A stretch of DNA of 64,000 bases, taken from positions 64,001 to 128,000 of the forward strand of contig JBEKDT010000011.1 of assembly GCA_050014195.1 (NCBI GenBank). Reading direction: 5' to 3'. Source of the stretch: Desulfomonilia bacterium (GTDB taxonomy: Bacteria > Desulfobacterota > Desulfomonilia > UBA1062). The position numbers were made by a program, and so were the translations under genes. Below, in pieces: positions 22,052 to 31,305 of the stretch. The notes below the pieces were generated by a model. It did no database searches. It was not told where the DNA came from and saw only the letters and a program-made list of their open reading frames with translations. Position 1 is the stretch's first letter; every line of letters starts with the position of its first letter.

Positions 22052-22315
22052 ATGCAACCGAAAAAACCAGATTCACTCACAAAACTTCTGCAGAAAAAAC
22101 AGAAGATCGAACAGCAGATTTCAAACGCCAAGACCCGCCTGAAGAAAGTGGAACGGGCCGCAGACACGCGGAAGAAGATCCTCATCGGCGCTTACTTCCT
22201 TGAGGTGAAATACAAGGACAAAGAACAGGAGCTTGTTAAGCTTATGGACGGCTTTCTTGTCCGGGATAATGATCGGGCTCTCTTTGGCCTTCCGCCTGAG
22301 GGTGATGCGTCATGA
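22052..22315 (+). CDS. Mobilization accessory protein (MobC/MobS/TraD-like)
   Basis: ERAADTRKKILIGA...GFLVRDNDRALFGL, typical of the small gene divergent from MOBQ relaxases. Confidence 0.8.
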   Translation: MQPKKPDSLTKLLQKKQKIEQQISNAKTRLKKVERAADTRKKILIGAYFLEVKYKDKEQELVKLMDGFLVRDNDRALFGLPPEGDAS

Positions 22316-22770
22316 GTGGGCAGGAATTATCTGAAGTAAGAGAGGTTATCAAGCAGGAAATAAGATTATCCCTTCTCAATGAGATGCAGGATGTTCGTCT
22401 TATCAGGGAAGGTCTCGATTCCATTCTTGAACTGCAGAAACAGAAGATCGATGAGATGGATGTGTTCTTTCTTGAGTATTCCCATGAACAGAAGAAGAAC
22501 CAGCAAAACTTTATCGACACCTTAAATAATTTTTTGGCTGAACATAAGAGAATTACTGATGAAGCCAAGTCTCTTTATAAAGACATCAACAACACAACCC
22601 AGGAGATGAGTAAGCTTTCTTTCAGACACAAGGAAAGTCTCTCCTCAGTTTATGATCACTTCTTTTTGAAGGTGTTCGGGTTTGCTGCATTGGGTGGGTT
22701 ATTTTCTTGTGTGTTCCTGGGGGTTGCTTATAAATTCATCTTCCCGTTTATCCATAGGCTTCTTGGATGA
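22312..22770 (+). CDS. Coiled-coil protein with C-terminal TM helix (mob-associated hypothetical)
   Basis: Overlaps previous stop; heptad-rich, hydrophobic C-terminus. Confidence 0.65.
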   Translation: MSGQELSEVREVIKQEIRLSLLNEMQDVRLIREGLDSILELQKQKIDEMDVFFLEYSHEQKKNQQNFIDTLNNFLAEHKRITDEAKSLYKDINNTTQEMSKLSFRHKESLSSVYDHFFLKVFGFAALGGLFSCVFLGVAYKFIFPFIHRLLG

Positions 22771-22893
22771 CTAAGAGATATCTCATTAAGATATATGGGG
22801 CATTCCCTGCTATAAGGCTTCATGAATAGGATTTTTCTACATGAGATGAAAGGTCTTTGAGACTCGTTCGGTATACATCTTTTATACATTTAG

Positions 22894-22927
22894 ACCCGCG
22901 TCCACCGGTTACCCGGCGGACGCGGGT
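22894..22927. terminator. GC-rich hairpin between convergent genes
   Basis: ACCCGCGTCCACCGG/CCGGCGGACGCGGGT stem. Confidence 0.65.
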
Positions 22928-22929
22928 GG

Positions 22930-23247
22930 TTATATATTTTTGCCTTCCATAACTTCGAATAAATAATGCTCTCCGAAATGCAGATCTCTCTCGATACCGA
23001 GACCCATGACCTTTACGCTTTCCAGTTCATCAAGGGAGAAATAACCCAACTCGGCATATAAAGGATCGCCAAGGTTTACGAACCCAAAGAACAACCTCTC
23101 TTCCGGGTCGTACTCCGTTGCGTACCAGGTTGCGGCTGATAACGGGTGAAAGAACTTGGCGATGATCTTCACCTGATCTTTTGGTTTTTTTTCGGTCTCG
23201 TAAAGCCTGGGAAACTGATTGATCAACTCTGCTGTTAAAAGCTTCAT
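22930..23247 (-). CDS. DUF2958 family protein
   Basis: [15 protein letters not shown]...FFGFVNLG...[10 protein letters not shown]...IERDLHF; start MKLLT after GGAGG. Confidence 0.85.
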   Translation of the reverse strand: MKLLTAELINQFPRLYETEKKPKDQVKIIAKFFHPLSAATWYATEYDPEERLFFGFVNLGDPLYAELGYFSLDELESVKVMGLGIERDLHFGEHYLFEVMEGKNI

Positions 23248-23543
23248 AAAGCCCTCCTTTGATTTGGTCTGATGCATGTAAACAACAACTTTTCCTCCCT
23301 CCCCCTTTCACAAACGATTGAAGGGAGAGGGAGGAACGACCGAAAGAAAGGCTTTTCTTCCTTAAAGAAGCCCTAGAAACGCTGCAAGGGGCATGACAGG
23401 CTTATCAGCCTGGCGGGACGCTTAGGAGGCGAGTGGAGAGGGCATTGGTTTTAAAATCTATTTACCCATCTGCCCAGGTTGCGCTCAAGCGAAGATTATG
23501 TTAAAAAAGAATACATACAATTGCTAAGTTAGAATCATTACAC

Positions 23544-25523
23544 TTGTTGAGGGCATCTGTGAAAGAATCATATCACCAAGAATCACTGAGTTATTTCAGG
23601 AAAGCCAGGGGTTCCGGTTCTACCGCAATAAAGAGAGGGGAAAAACCAACGGTTGACCCTTCCCCTATTCCATTAACTCCCTGGGAAGTCATTGTTGCCT
23701 CTATTGGGTTTGGCATTCTTGGATTGTTAGCGGCAACGGCGTTCTATACATTCTTCCCTCATTGTCCTGCTGTATTCTCTTCCCACGGATCGAACCCATC
23801 TGCTTTTGATAAAGCTGGCGACATTGGACTTATAACCATGTACACGTCCATTCTCTTACCATTAGGAATATTTGTGTTGTGCCTCTTTTTTAAAAAGCTC
23901 TCTCCTGTTGGGTGGTTTAAAATGTTTATCTCGTATTTTGTCATTTATGCCATGGTTGGTGCTATTCCTGTTGTTGAGTGGCTGAGAACCCTGAAACAAT
24001 ACCATTTCGATTGGATTGCATCCATTGGCGCATGGGTTGTCGCATCCTTCCTCATTTTTATTCTCACTTGGATTATTGCTCTTATCTTTGAAAAGCTGAG
24101 GTCCAGGGTAAAAGACTTTAGCCTGTTTATGGGCAATATGAAGCTACTCCCCACCTCGCAATTTGGCCTCTGGTTAGGAATATCCACGGGAGAGCTTTCT
24201 TGCAAATCACATGGGGCTGGTATGGCTCCAGGACAACATATCACTCTTTCTTTGGAAGATGCCTGTCAGAATACCGCTGTTATGGGGGGCATAGGCTCGG
24301 GTAAAACTACAAGGGCAATTCAACCTCTTCTCCTGCAACTCCTGGATCAGGATTGCGGAGGTCTGATCTTCGACATAAAGGGTGATTTCAAGAAAGCAGT
24401 ATTTGCCTTTGCTGAGACAACTGAAAAGAGCATTGAGACGATTGGTCCAGGACAGAAGGGAATAAATCTCTTGGAAGGCTTATCCCCGGAAGTGGCCTCT
24501 TCTTTTCTGAAGTCCGCATTCCTTCTTTCTGGTGAGTCCAGGGAAAATCCTTTCTGGATCAATACAGCGACTGAATTATGTAGAAATGCCCTTGGTGTCC
24601 TGTCTTTTATGCCGGGTCTATATAGTCTTTGGGCATTATATCACTATCTCTTTGATCGTGAATTCCGAATCGATATAAATGTAAAAATAGAGGCCCTGAA
24701 AGAAGAGCTGGATATCCAGGCTCACCGTCTTCTTGATTCTTACCTCTCATACCGGAAAAACATCTTCTCAGGTTTCGATGATAAAGTAGTGTCCGGCGTT
24801 AATGCAACAGTAGCTCAGGTACTCTCTCCTTTCAGTCAGCCTGATCTTGTTGATGCCTTCTGTTCTGAAAGTGATGATCTGGCCTGTATGGAGGATGTAC
24901 TTAAAGGAACCATCTTCCTTGTCGATCTTCCTTTATCCCGTTGGGGTCTTGGTGGAAAGGTGGTTTACACCTTCATCAAGTTAAGGTTCTTCAACGTGAT
25001 GCAACGTCGTCTTTCTGAGCCGTCATGGAATCAGGACCGGCCTGTATTCTTCATCTGTGATGAGTTCCAGGAGATTGTTTCCTGTAACAGAGACGGTCTA
25101 TCCGATCTCAATTTCTGGGACAAATCCCGATCATCAAAGACCATCGGAATCATTTCCGGCCAGTCTGTTTCCAGCTTTTATGCCGCCATAGGGAACCGTG
25201 ATATGACGCATGCCCTACTCCAGAATTTTAGGCAGAGGATATGCTTTAAGACAGAGGATGAAGCAACCTTGGACCATCTGAATCATCTGTTGGGCAGGGT
25301 TGATATCAAGCACATAAGTTATCAGCAATCGGTATCAAGTGGTTACTCTGGTAGTCACCATAGTAGAAATGTCACATCAGGAACAACTACAACCCTTCGT
25401 GAAAAGGCTGTCCTCGATCCCCAGGTGATCAGAGAGCTTGAGAATAACCAGGCCATTGCAATCCTGTCTCTAAACAATCAGAGCAGGGATGATGTGATTA
25501 ATGTGAAGCCGGTTTTTGTTTAA
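23544..25523 (+). CDS. VirD4/TraD-like type IV coupling protein
   Basis: Several N-terminal TM helices, GGIGSGKT Walker A, LIFDIKGD, FICDEFQ Walker B, KSRS...QSVS. Confidence 0.85.
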   Translation: MLRASVKESYHQESLSYFRKARGSGSTAIKRGEKPTVDPSPIPLTPWEVIVASIGFGILGLLAATAFYTFFPHCPAVFSSHGSNPSAFDKAGDIGLITMYTSILLPLGIFVLCLFFKKLSPVGWFKMFISYFVIYAMVGAIPVVEWLRTLKQYHFDWIASIGAWVVASFLIFILTWIIALIFEKLRSRVKDFSLFMGNMKLLPTSQFGLWLGISTGELSCKSHGAGMAPGQHITLSLEDACQNTAVMGGIGSGKTTRAIQPLLLQLLDQDCGGLIFDIKGDFKKAVFAFAETTEKSIETIGPGQKGINLLEGLSPEVASSFLKSAFLLSGESRENPFWINTATELCRNALGVLSFMPGLYSLWALYHYLFDREFRIDINVKIEALKEELDIQAHRLLDSYLSYRKNIFSGFDDKVVSGVNATVAQVLSPFSQPDLVDAFCSESDDLACMEDVLKGTIFLVDLPLSRWGLGGKVVYTFIKLRFFNVMQRRLSEPSWNQDRPVFFICDEFQEIVSCNRDGLSDLNFWDKSRSSKTIGIISGQSVSSFYAAIGNRDMTHALLQNFRQRICFKTEDEATLDHLNHLLGRVDIKHISYQQSVSSGYSGSHHSRNVTSGTTTTLREKAVLDPQVIRELENNQAIAILSLNNQSRDDVINVKPVFV

Positions 25524-25741
25524 AATCCAGAATCTACTTGAAAAGGAATTTATACTATTGAGATAGTTCTCCTCCAGTAGAGATCTACTATCAAAACCTT
25601 CATTATTTGCAGAGTGTTGCGTATGGCACGAGATCTACACTTAGGGCATCTTATTTCAAACATTACATTTTTGGCACAAGATTAACAGTTTCTATCGGTG
25701 AGGCCGCTCTTTGATGTTCTATGTCCTCGGATTCCAGTAAA

Positions 25742-26044
25742 TCAGTGAGAGAGTGACCTTAATATGTTGTCATATTGGCCCTTGCAAGTGGCAAACCCGT
25801 CATCCCATCCGGTTTTATACAAGGGGTCTGAAAGGTATCGTGTCACGTCTTTTTCATAACTGGCATATGGATGGCCTGCTGCAACGAATCCTGAGCTACA
25901 TCCAGCCGAATATCCGTCAACATAGGCTTGTGGTTGGCCAGCTGTGTTTTGTTTGGTAATGGCATCTACTGGCGCACATGCCAAGATGGCCCAAACGAGC
26001 ATCAGTAGGATAGCGACCAACCATATTCTGAATTTCAGTTTCAT
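25742..26044 (-). CDS. Small putative lipoprotein
   Basis: Lipobox ILAC; YVDGYSAGCSSG and YKTGWDDGF repeats. Confidence 0.75.
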   Translation of the reverse strand: MKLKFRIWLVAILLMLVWAILACAPVDAITKQNTAGQPQAYVDGYSAGCSSGFVAAGHPYASYEKDVTRYLSDPLYKTGWDDGFATCKGQYDNILRSLSH

Positions 26045-26085
26045 ATATTTCTCCTTTCAGTTTTCGACATACCCCAAAGTGATGC

Positions 26086-26143
26086 CCCTAACATACTGAT
26101 AAGTTGCGGCTGAAAGCCCGTCCGTTGGATTAGCTTGTTATCA
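26086..26143 (-). other. Degenerate integron attC-like site
   Basis: Minus strand TGATAAC-aagctaatccaacggacgggctttcagccgcaacttatcagtat-GTTAGGG, 58 bp, just downstream of a stop codon. Confidence 0.65.
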
Positions 26144-26155
26144 GCAATAAATTAT

Positions 26156-27010
26156 TTAAAAATGGCTACATGCATCTAAATCGACTTCAATGGGCCACAT
26201 TATATATTCGTATGATGGGCAGCCAGTTACAGTTTTCGTAGCTTTTACAGCCCTTATTAATTTTTCTATTTCAGGGTCGTTACGAGCTTTAATTTTGACT
26301 TCTGGGGTGGGATAAATAATAATGGCTAACCAACCATCAAGGGGTAAGAAGTATTCTGGCTTTCTCCCATCTATGCTATAGTAAAAATCCAATAACTCTT
26401 TATTGTTATTATCAGTATCCTTTGGATCAATGAATCTAGATAAGCGATCAGGATGTCTAGTTTGGATTCTTTTCTTTATCTTTTCAGAAAAGATAATCCG
26501 CCACTCAGATTCAGAAAATAGGTCATAGGTTAATGGACGTCTAGAACACATATGTTTGTAAAAAGAAATCATTTCGAAGTCATCACTACAAAGAGAGGAG
26601 TATGGAGGGAAAAAAAGATTTTCAGTTTCAGATTGCAAATAATGCATAGGACCGCCCAACCGATCAAAGACGTAATATCTCTTTAATCCTATCCCTAATC
26701 TTCCGAATTTTTTAGCATGTTTCCTTACCTCTGATAGTTTCAATTCAGTAAAACAAGTTCTTGCAACTAAAGGTTTAACAAATATTTTGTTATTTACTTG
26801 TATTTTCTCCGAGCCATCACCCATAGTCATCCAGAAGCCAAATTTCAGAATATTTTTCAAACGGAGTATATAAGCGTCAACTGCTTTGCCAGGCATATCA
26901 CGGGATACTTTTTCAGGTTTCCAAGCTGGATCGAGATCTCTATCTATTTTCCAACCTGTCCAATGGATTAAAAAATCTGAGTGGATGGTTTGAGTAAATT
27001 CATTTTCCAT
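26156..27010 (-). CDS. AbiGi-like (abortive-infection associated) protein
   Basis: LIHWTG, LKNILKFGF, TCFTELKL..VRKHAKKFGRLGIGL, ESEWR motifs; start MENEF. Confidence 0.65.
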   Translation of the reverse strand: MENEFTQTIHSDFLIHWTGWKIDRDLDPAWKPEKVSRDMPGKAVDAYILRLKNILKFGFWMTMGDGSEKIQVNNKIFVKPLVARTCFTELKLSEVRKHAKKFGRLGIGLKRYYVFDRLGGPMHYLQSETENLFFPPYSSLCSDDFEMISFYKHMCSRRPLTYDLFSESEWRIIFSEKIKKRIQTRHPDRLSRFIDPKDTDNNNKELLDFYYSIDGRKPEYFLPLDGWLAIIIYPTPEVKIKARNDPEIEKLIRAVKATKTVTGCPSYEYIMWPIEVDLDACSHF

Positions 27011-27083
27011 TTTCTCACCTATTGTAGTGCGACATATATACTGCGACACCCTATTAAGGCATACTGGTATAGATCCACTATGT

Positions 27084-27863
27084 CTAATAAACTTGACTAA
27101 TAACTGATATATGCTCATTTACTAGATTTTGAAACTTTTCAAATGCCTTAAGACAATTTGCATGCTGTTCTTCCAAGATAGGCAATAATTGGATAAGCTT
27201 CAAAGGATTAGTCTGTCCAATAATATAACTCACTTTACCATCATTCCCGACTTTTCTTTTAACAAGCTCTGTCATGCCAAGTTCAATTTTTGGAGAATAA
27301 CGGTGGTTATATTTATTTCTAAAGTCATACGTTGCCGATTGGTACTTTTTATTTGAGATTTTTTCTAAAGCAGGTTTTAGTTTCTTATATCCTCTCCATG
27401 AATTAGAATATTTATCAGTATCTTGAAACCATATTTCTTCATCTATTGGGAGATTATCTATCCATTTTTTTTGCTTAGTCATATTAGCTTGATGACAAAG
27501 ATGAGCAACTGAGTAAATATATCTTGAACGGATTACATAAGGCAAATTAATTGCCAATGTAGCAAATGGATTAACAAATTCTATTATAACTTCATATTTA
27601 TCGTCCTCGTCATCAATGTTCTTAATTACTGACTTCCAAGCTTCCAAATTTATAATGTATCTTCCCAACTCATTTATAGAATTGGCAAGTTCACGAGAAT
27701 ATTCAGAAAGCATTTTACAATATCCAATCCATAGACGAGAAAGTTTATCGGGTAGACTATACCAATCATACGGTGCCAACTGGCAATTTGATGATATCTT
27801 AGTCCTAGCATCAAGGAATTGTTTATAAACGGCTAGCAATTTTCCATTCATATCAATCACCAT
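27084..27863 (-). CDS. Hypothetical protein with HEPN-like RxxxxH motif
   Basis: Helical protein with FRNKYNHR; AT-rich. Confidence 0.6.
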   Translation of the reverse strand: MVIDMNGKLLAVYKQFLDARTKISSNCQLAPYDWYSLPDKLSRLWIGYCKMLSEYSRELANSINELGRYIINLEAWKSVIKNIDDEDDKYEVIIEFVNPFATLAINLPYVIRSRYIYSVAHLCHQANMTKQKKWIDNLPIDEEIWFQDTDKYSNSWRGYKKLKPALEKISNKKYQSATYDFRNKYNHRYSPKIELGMTELVKRKVGNDGKVSYIIGQTNPLKLIQLLPILEEQHANCLKAFEKFQNLVNEHISVISQVY

Positions 27864-28071
27864 TTATAAGTGTATCATAATCGTTGAGTAATATCGATAT
27901 AATAGTTTGGATCTCTGCGCGATAAATCATCAGTTTATTTTTAGGATCTCAATCATAAATATCATGTTAAGATCTTCAGTAATCCAATAACGTTTGCGGA
28001 ATTTTCGTGGTGAGCCTGTATAGCACGTTCCGATACTACTTTAACCAGATTCAAATCCTATCCAGATCACA

Positions 28072-28148
28072 AGTGCCGTGTAAGTGCCGTAAGCTGCTCG
28101 TAAACATAGGCCAGGCCTATATGATCCGAGTGTGAAATTTCCCCCGCC
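28072..28148 (-). repeat. Inverted relic att end, homologous to 16916-16992
   Basis: Reverse complement aligns ungapped with 16916-16992 at 63/77 nt by manual count. Confidence 0.88.
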
Positions 28149-28447
28149 TATGGGGGTCTTAACAAAATGAAGATCTGGGATTAAAACATACAAAGTGAAC
28201 TCCTTATATTAGACCGTGGGTAACTCTATATTGTTAAAATTTGATTCATCTTACCCTTCATTATGGCTATTTTGAGTAAAAGAGATCATACTACTTATTA
28301 TACCCCAGACCTTTAATACCTAAGTCCAGCTTAATTAAGAACCTATATTCACATAATCCACAGTTTATTCTTGATTTTCACGTATTAATTGATAATCCCA
28401 TGATATTATATTATAAAATACACTAACGATGCTGTTGTTATCAAAGG

Positions 28448-30454
28448 ATGGTTTTTATGGGAAACAAGGAAATGGATTTTGAGGACTATTTTTCTAATTC
28501 ACATGTGGAACATCGTGTGGCACATATACATGATGAAAAAGATTATTGGCTATTTATCCCATGTTTTACAATATATAAAAATGATAGAGAACTTTTCGAT
28601 TCTCTCTATGCTCGGGGGGATATATATTGGAATGGCAGTGATTATCTTATAAAACCTGATTGTTTTGCAAAACTCTTACTGGATAGGTCTAAATCATACT
28701 CCTACCAATTATCAACAGCTACATTTTGGACGCCTGTAGATAAAAAAGATACGATTTTAAATTCAGTATGTATGCAAATATTTAATAGGGATAGAGATCT
28801 TTTCGATTCTCTTCATGATACGGGAGATATATTTTGGAATGGGACTTATTATCTTATTAAACCTGAATGTGTATCAAAAATTGTACTAGATAATCCTGAA
28901 TTATTGGAAGGTTATCTATTTAGTTTGGGTTATACTAAGGAAGGTAAAGAATATTATTGGAAACGGATTAATGCAGGCTATTGGACTTGGGCTGCAGGTC
29001 TAATACCTATCTATGCCAAGGAGAAGGACTGGGAAAATGCAATAAAAGTATGCGACATATTTTTAACAAATGAAAAAATTGATAAAATCAAAATCAATCC
29101 TCGCAGATTAAAGCAGATTGAAGAACGTCGAAAGAAATACGCTTCCTATCTTAATAACTCTACCGAGATGCTATCAGCAAAGAATGTATTAGTAAATTGT
29201 TTGATTACATACCGTGAAAAACATAAGCCAAAAACCAAAAGAAAAGTATTACTATATGAAAATAAAGAGAAATTACCAAAGTGGACAAAGAATAAATTAA
29301 GAAGTTACCGATATAATATTCCAGTATGTGTAGATGGAATGTATCCACGTTGGAATTATTTTATCTTAACAAAAGAGCAAGCTCGCTTTTATAAACTGTG
29401 GAGCCAAAACTGGCGTAACAAGAAGCCAATGAAATTGGATGGGAATCATGGTTATCTAGTTAAATTTATGTCTGATATGATGAAACGTAAGTATGATAGA
29501 AAAGCCGTAATAACCACAAGAAATGAAATGAAGTTATTGTGGTATGTGTATAGAAACGAAAATTTTACAACGGAACCAGACATAAATTCTTATATTTTAT
29601 CTTATATCGTGCGTTATGTCTTTGACTCATATTTATTAACGAAAGACTACATAAAAGCTATTAACTGGATGCAACTAGGATTTGAAGATTTTAAAAAATC
29701 TGTATCAAGTGATCGATCCGCTACCTTTAACGTTTATCTATCATTAAAATATGAGCACGGGATACCATTAACTGGCAGGGAATTTATTGCATTATATCAA
29801 GGTGATAAAAATTACATATTCAAAGAAAATATAGAGTTAATGTACAATTATATTGAGGATAAAATAAGAGAATATGAAGAAATAAATAATGTTGATCTGC
29901 TAAGTTTAATAACTCTAACTTATGCTTTCCAGAGTGATGGAAAGTATCCAGTCTTGAAATTAGGAATAAGAGAGTTTCTCCCAATGAATTACTATAACTA
30001 TTTCGAACTATCTGATTTTAGAATTGTTATGAAGGAGTGGGTAGATGATGCTGAAAATAAGGTTAGAGAAGGGAAAGGTCTACCTAAAATTAATGAAGGC
30101 TGGCTCAATGAAACAACTTTATATAATATTATAAAAGAGCACTTTGAAGGTTCGGGCTATACAATATTTCACCGTGCATATCCTTCTTTTCTTGATGGTT
30201 TGGAGTTAGACATTTATATGCCAGCATTAAAAATCGGTATAGAATATCAGGGACGACAGCATTACGAGCCTATTGGCTTTTTTGGAGGTGTTGAGGCTTT
30301 TAAAAAGTTACAGATTCGTGATGAAAAGAAAAGGAATCTTTGCAAAAAAAATGGAATCAAGTTAATTGAATTTAATTATCAAGACAGTCTTAATGAGAAA
30401 TTTGTTATAGAGAAAATTTATTCTTATATAGATCAAAGAGACCTCAAGGAATAG
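28448..30454 (+). CDS. Hypothetical protein: N-terminal repeat, TerB_N-like segment, C-terminal PD-(D/E)XK/Vsr-like nuclease
   Basis: ELDIYMPALKIGIEYQGRQHY...RDEKKRNLCKKNGIKLIE at C-terminus; duplicated DRELFDSL..RGDIYWNG..YLIKP. Confidence 0.7.
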   Translation: MVFMGNKEMDFEDYFSNSHVEHRVAHIHDEKDYWLFIPCFTIYKNDRELFDSLYARGDIYWNGSDYLIKPDCFAKLLLDRSKSYSYQLSTATFWTPVDKKDTILNSVCMQIFNRDRDLFDSLHDTGDIFWNGTYYLIKPECVSKIVLDNPELLEGYLFSLGYTKEGKEYYWKRINAGYWTWAAGLIPIYAKEKDWENAIKVCDIFLTNEKIDKIKINPRRLKQIEERRKKYASYLNNSTEMLSAKNVLVNCLITYREKHKPKTKRKVLLYENKEKLPKWTKNKLRSYRYNIPVCVDGMYPRWNYFILTKEQARFYKLWSQNWRNKKPMKLDGNHGYLVKFMSDMMKRKYDRKAVITTRNEMKLLWYVYRNENFTTEPDINSYILSYIVRYVFDSYLLTKDYIKAINWMQLGFEDFKKSVSSDRSATFNVYLSLKYEHGIPLTGREFIALYQGDKNYIFKENIELMYNYIEDKIREYEEINNVDLLSLITLTYAFQSDGKYPVLKLGIREFLPMNYYNYFELSDFRIVMKEWVDDAENKVREGKGLPKINEGWLNETTLYNIIKEHFEGSGYTIFHRAYPSFLDGLELDIYMPALKIGIEYQGRQHYEPIGFFGGVEAFKKLQIRDEKKRNLCKKNGIKLIEFNYQDSLNEKFVIEKIYSYIDQRDLKE

Positions 30455-30633
30455 CATAGGTGATATATTCTACTATAACTTTTCAGAGCAGTATAATCTG
30501 GAATATTTAAAGAAATTATGGTAATTAATTTTTAGTGTTGGATATTACATCTATGTCTCTCTCCAAAACAACAAAGTAAAGTACAATATTTCAACAGAAG
30601 ACTCACCTTCTCGGTTTAAAGTGATGAAACACT

Positions 30634-31305
30634 ATGAAGATTGACCTGTTTAAGTTATTCTTGCTTGGCGAATTTTCCGGAGCTAAGGCATATCTCGATG
30701 AAATGCACTCGTCGATACCTCATGCACGAAAACAAGCTTTATTCTTTCTCAAGGACCAGGCGAAGAGGGAGAATTGGAATAATGGCGATTTTGATGTCGA
30801 AGTTCAATCTCTGGAAGCTAAATTCGATTTTAATCTTCCACGTATACTTGCCTATTCATTTATCACGTACCTTCATAGCTTAGTGGAAGTTAATCTATCA
30901 GATGTAGCGAAGGAGATCTGTTCTCGTCGTGGACTTCGGCTTAAGTACAATGAAATTGCTGGAAGACCAATAGATAGAGCTAAGATTTACCTCACCAAAG
31001 TAGCTGAACTCGATTCTGTTTCCAATCTCGAAGGATGGAAGTTACTTATAGATCTCAAAAAAATTAGGAATGTAGTGGTGCATCGTGGTGGCAAACTCGG
31101 TAATGATAAAGAGGATAAAAAGTTGCTTAAAGAAATATCCATTCGCCTTAACAACCTTATCGAAGTATCAGATGGTTGGGAAAACCCAGATTCCTTTTTG
31201 ACATTCGACTATGAGCTTTGTTCATACTTACTTGATAATACACTCAAGTTCTTTGGACAGTTGCTTGAGATCACTAATCCTCCTGAAGCTGTCTCCAAAA
31301 TATAA
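30634..31305 (+). CDS. Hypothetical protein with HEPN-like motif
   Basis: YLHSLVE N-terminal helix and KIRNVVVHRGG (RNxxxH). Confidence 0.65.
   Translation: MKIDLFKLFLLGEFSGAKAYLDEMHSSIPHARKQALFFLKDQAKRENWNNGDFDVEVQSLEAKFDFNLPRILAYSFITYLHSLVEVNLSDVAKEICSRRGLRLKYNEIAGRPIDRAKIYLTKVAELDSVSNLEGWKLLIDLKKIRNVVVHRGGKLGNDKEDKKLLKEISIRLNNLIEVSDGWENPDSFLTFDYELCSYLLDNTLKFFGQLLEITNPPEAVSKI

Noticed and set aside
27985-28035. Second attC-like site (ATAAC...GTT)
   Set aside because: Poor internal symmetry and not positioned downstream of a gene
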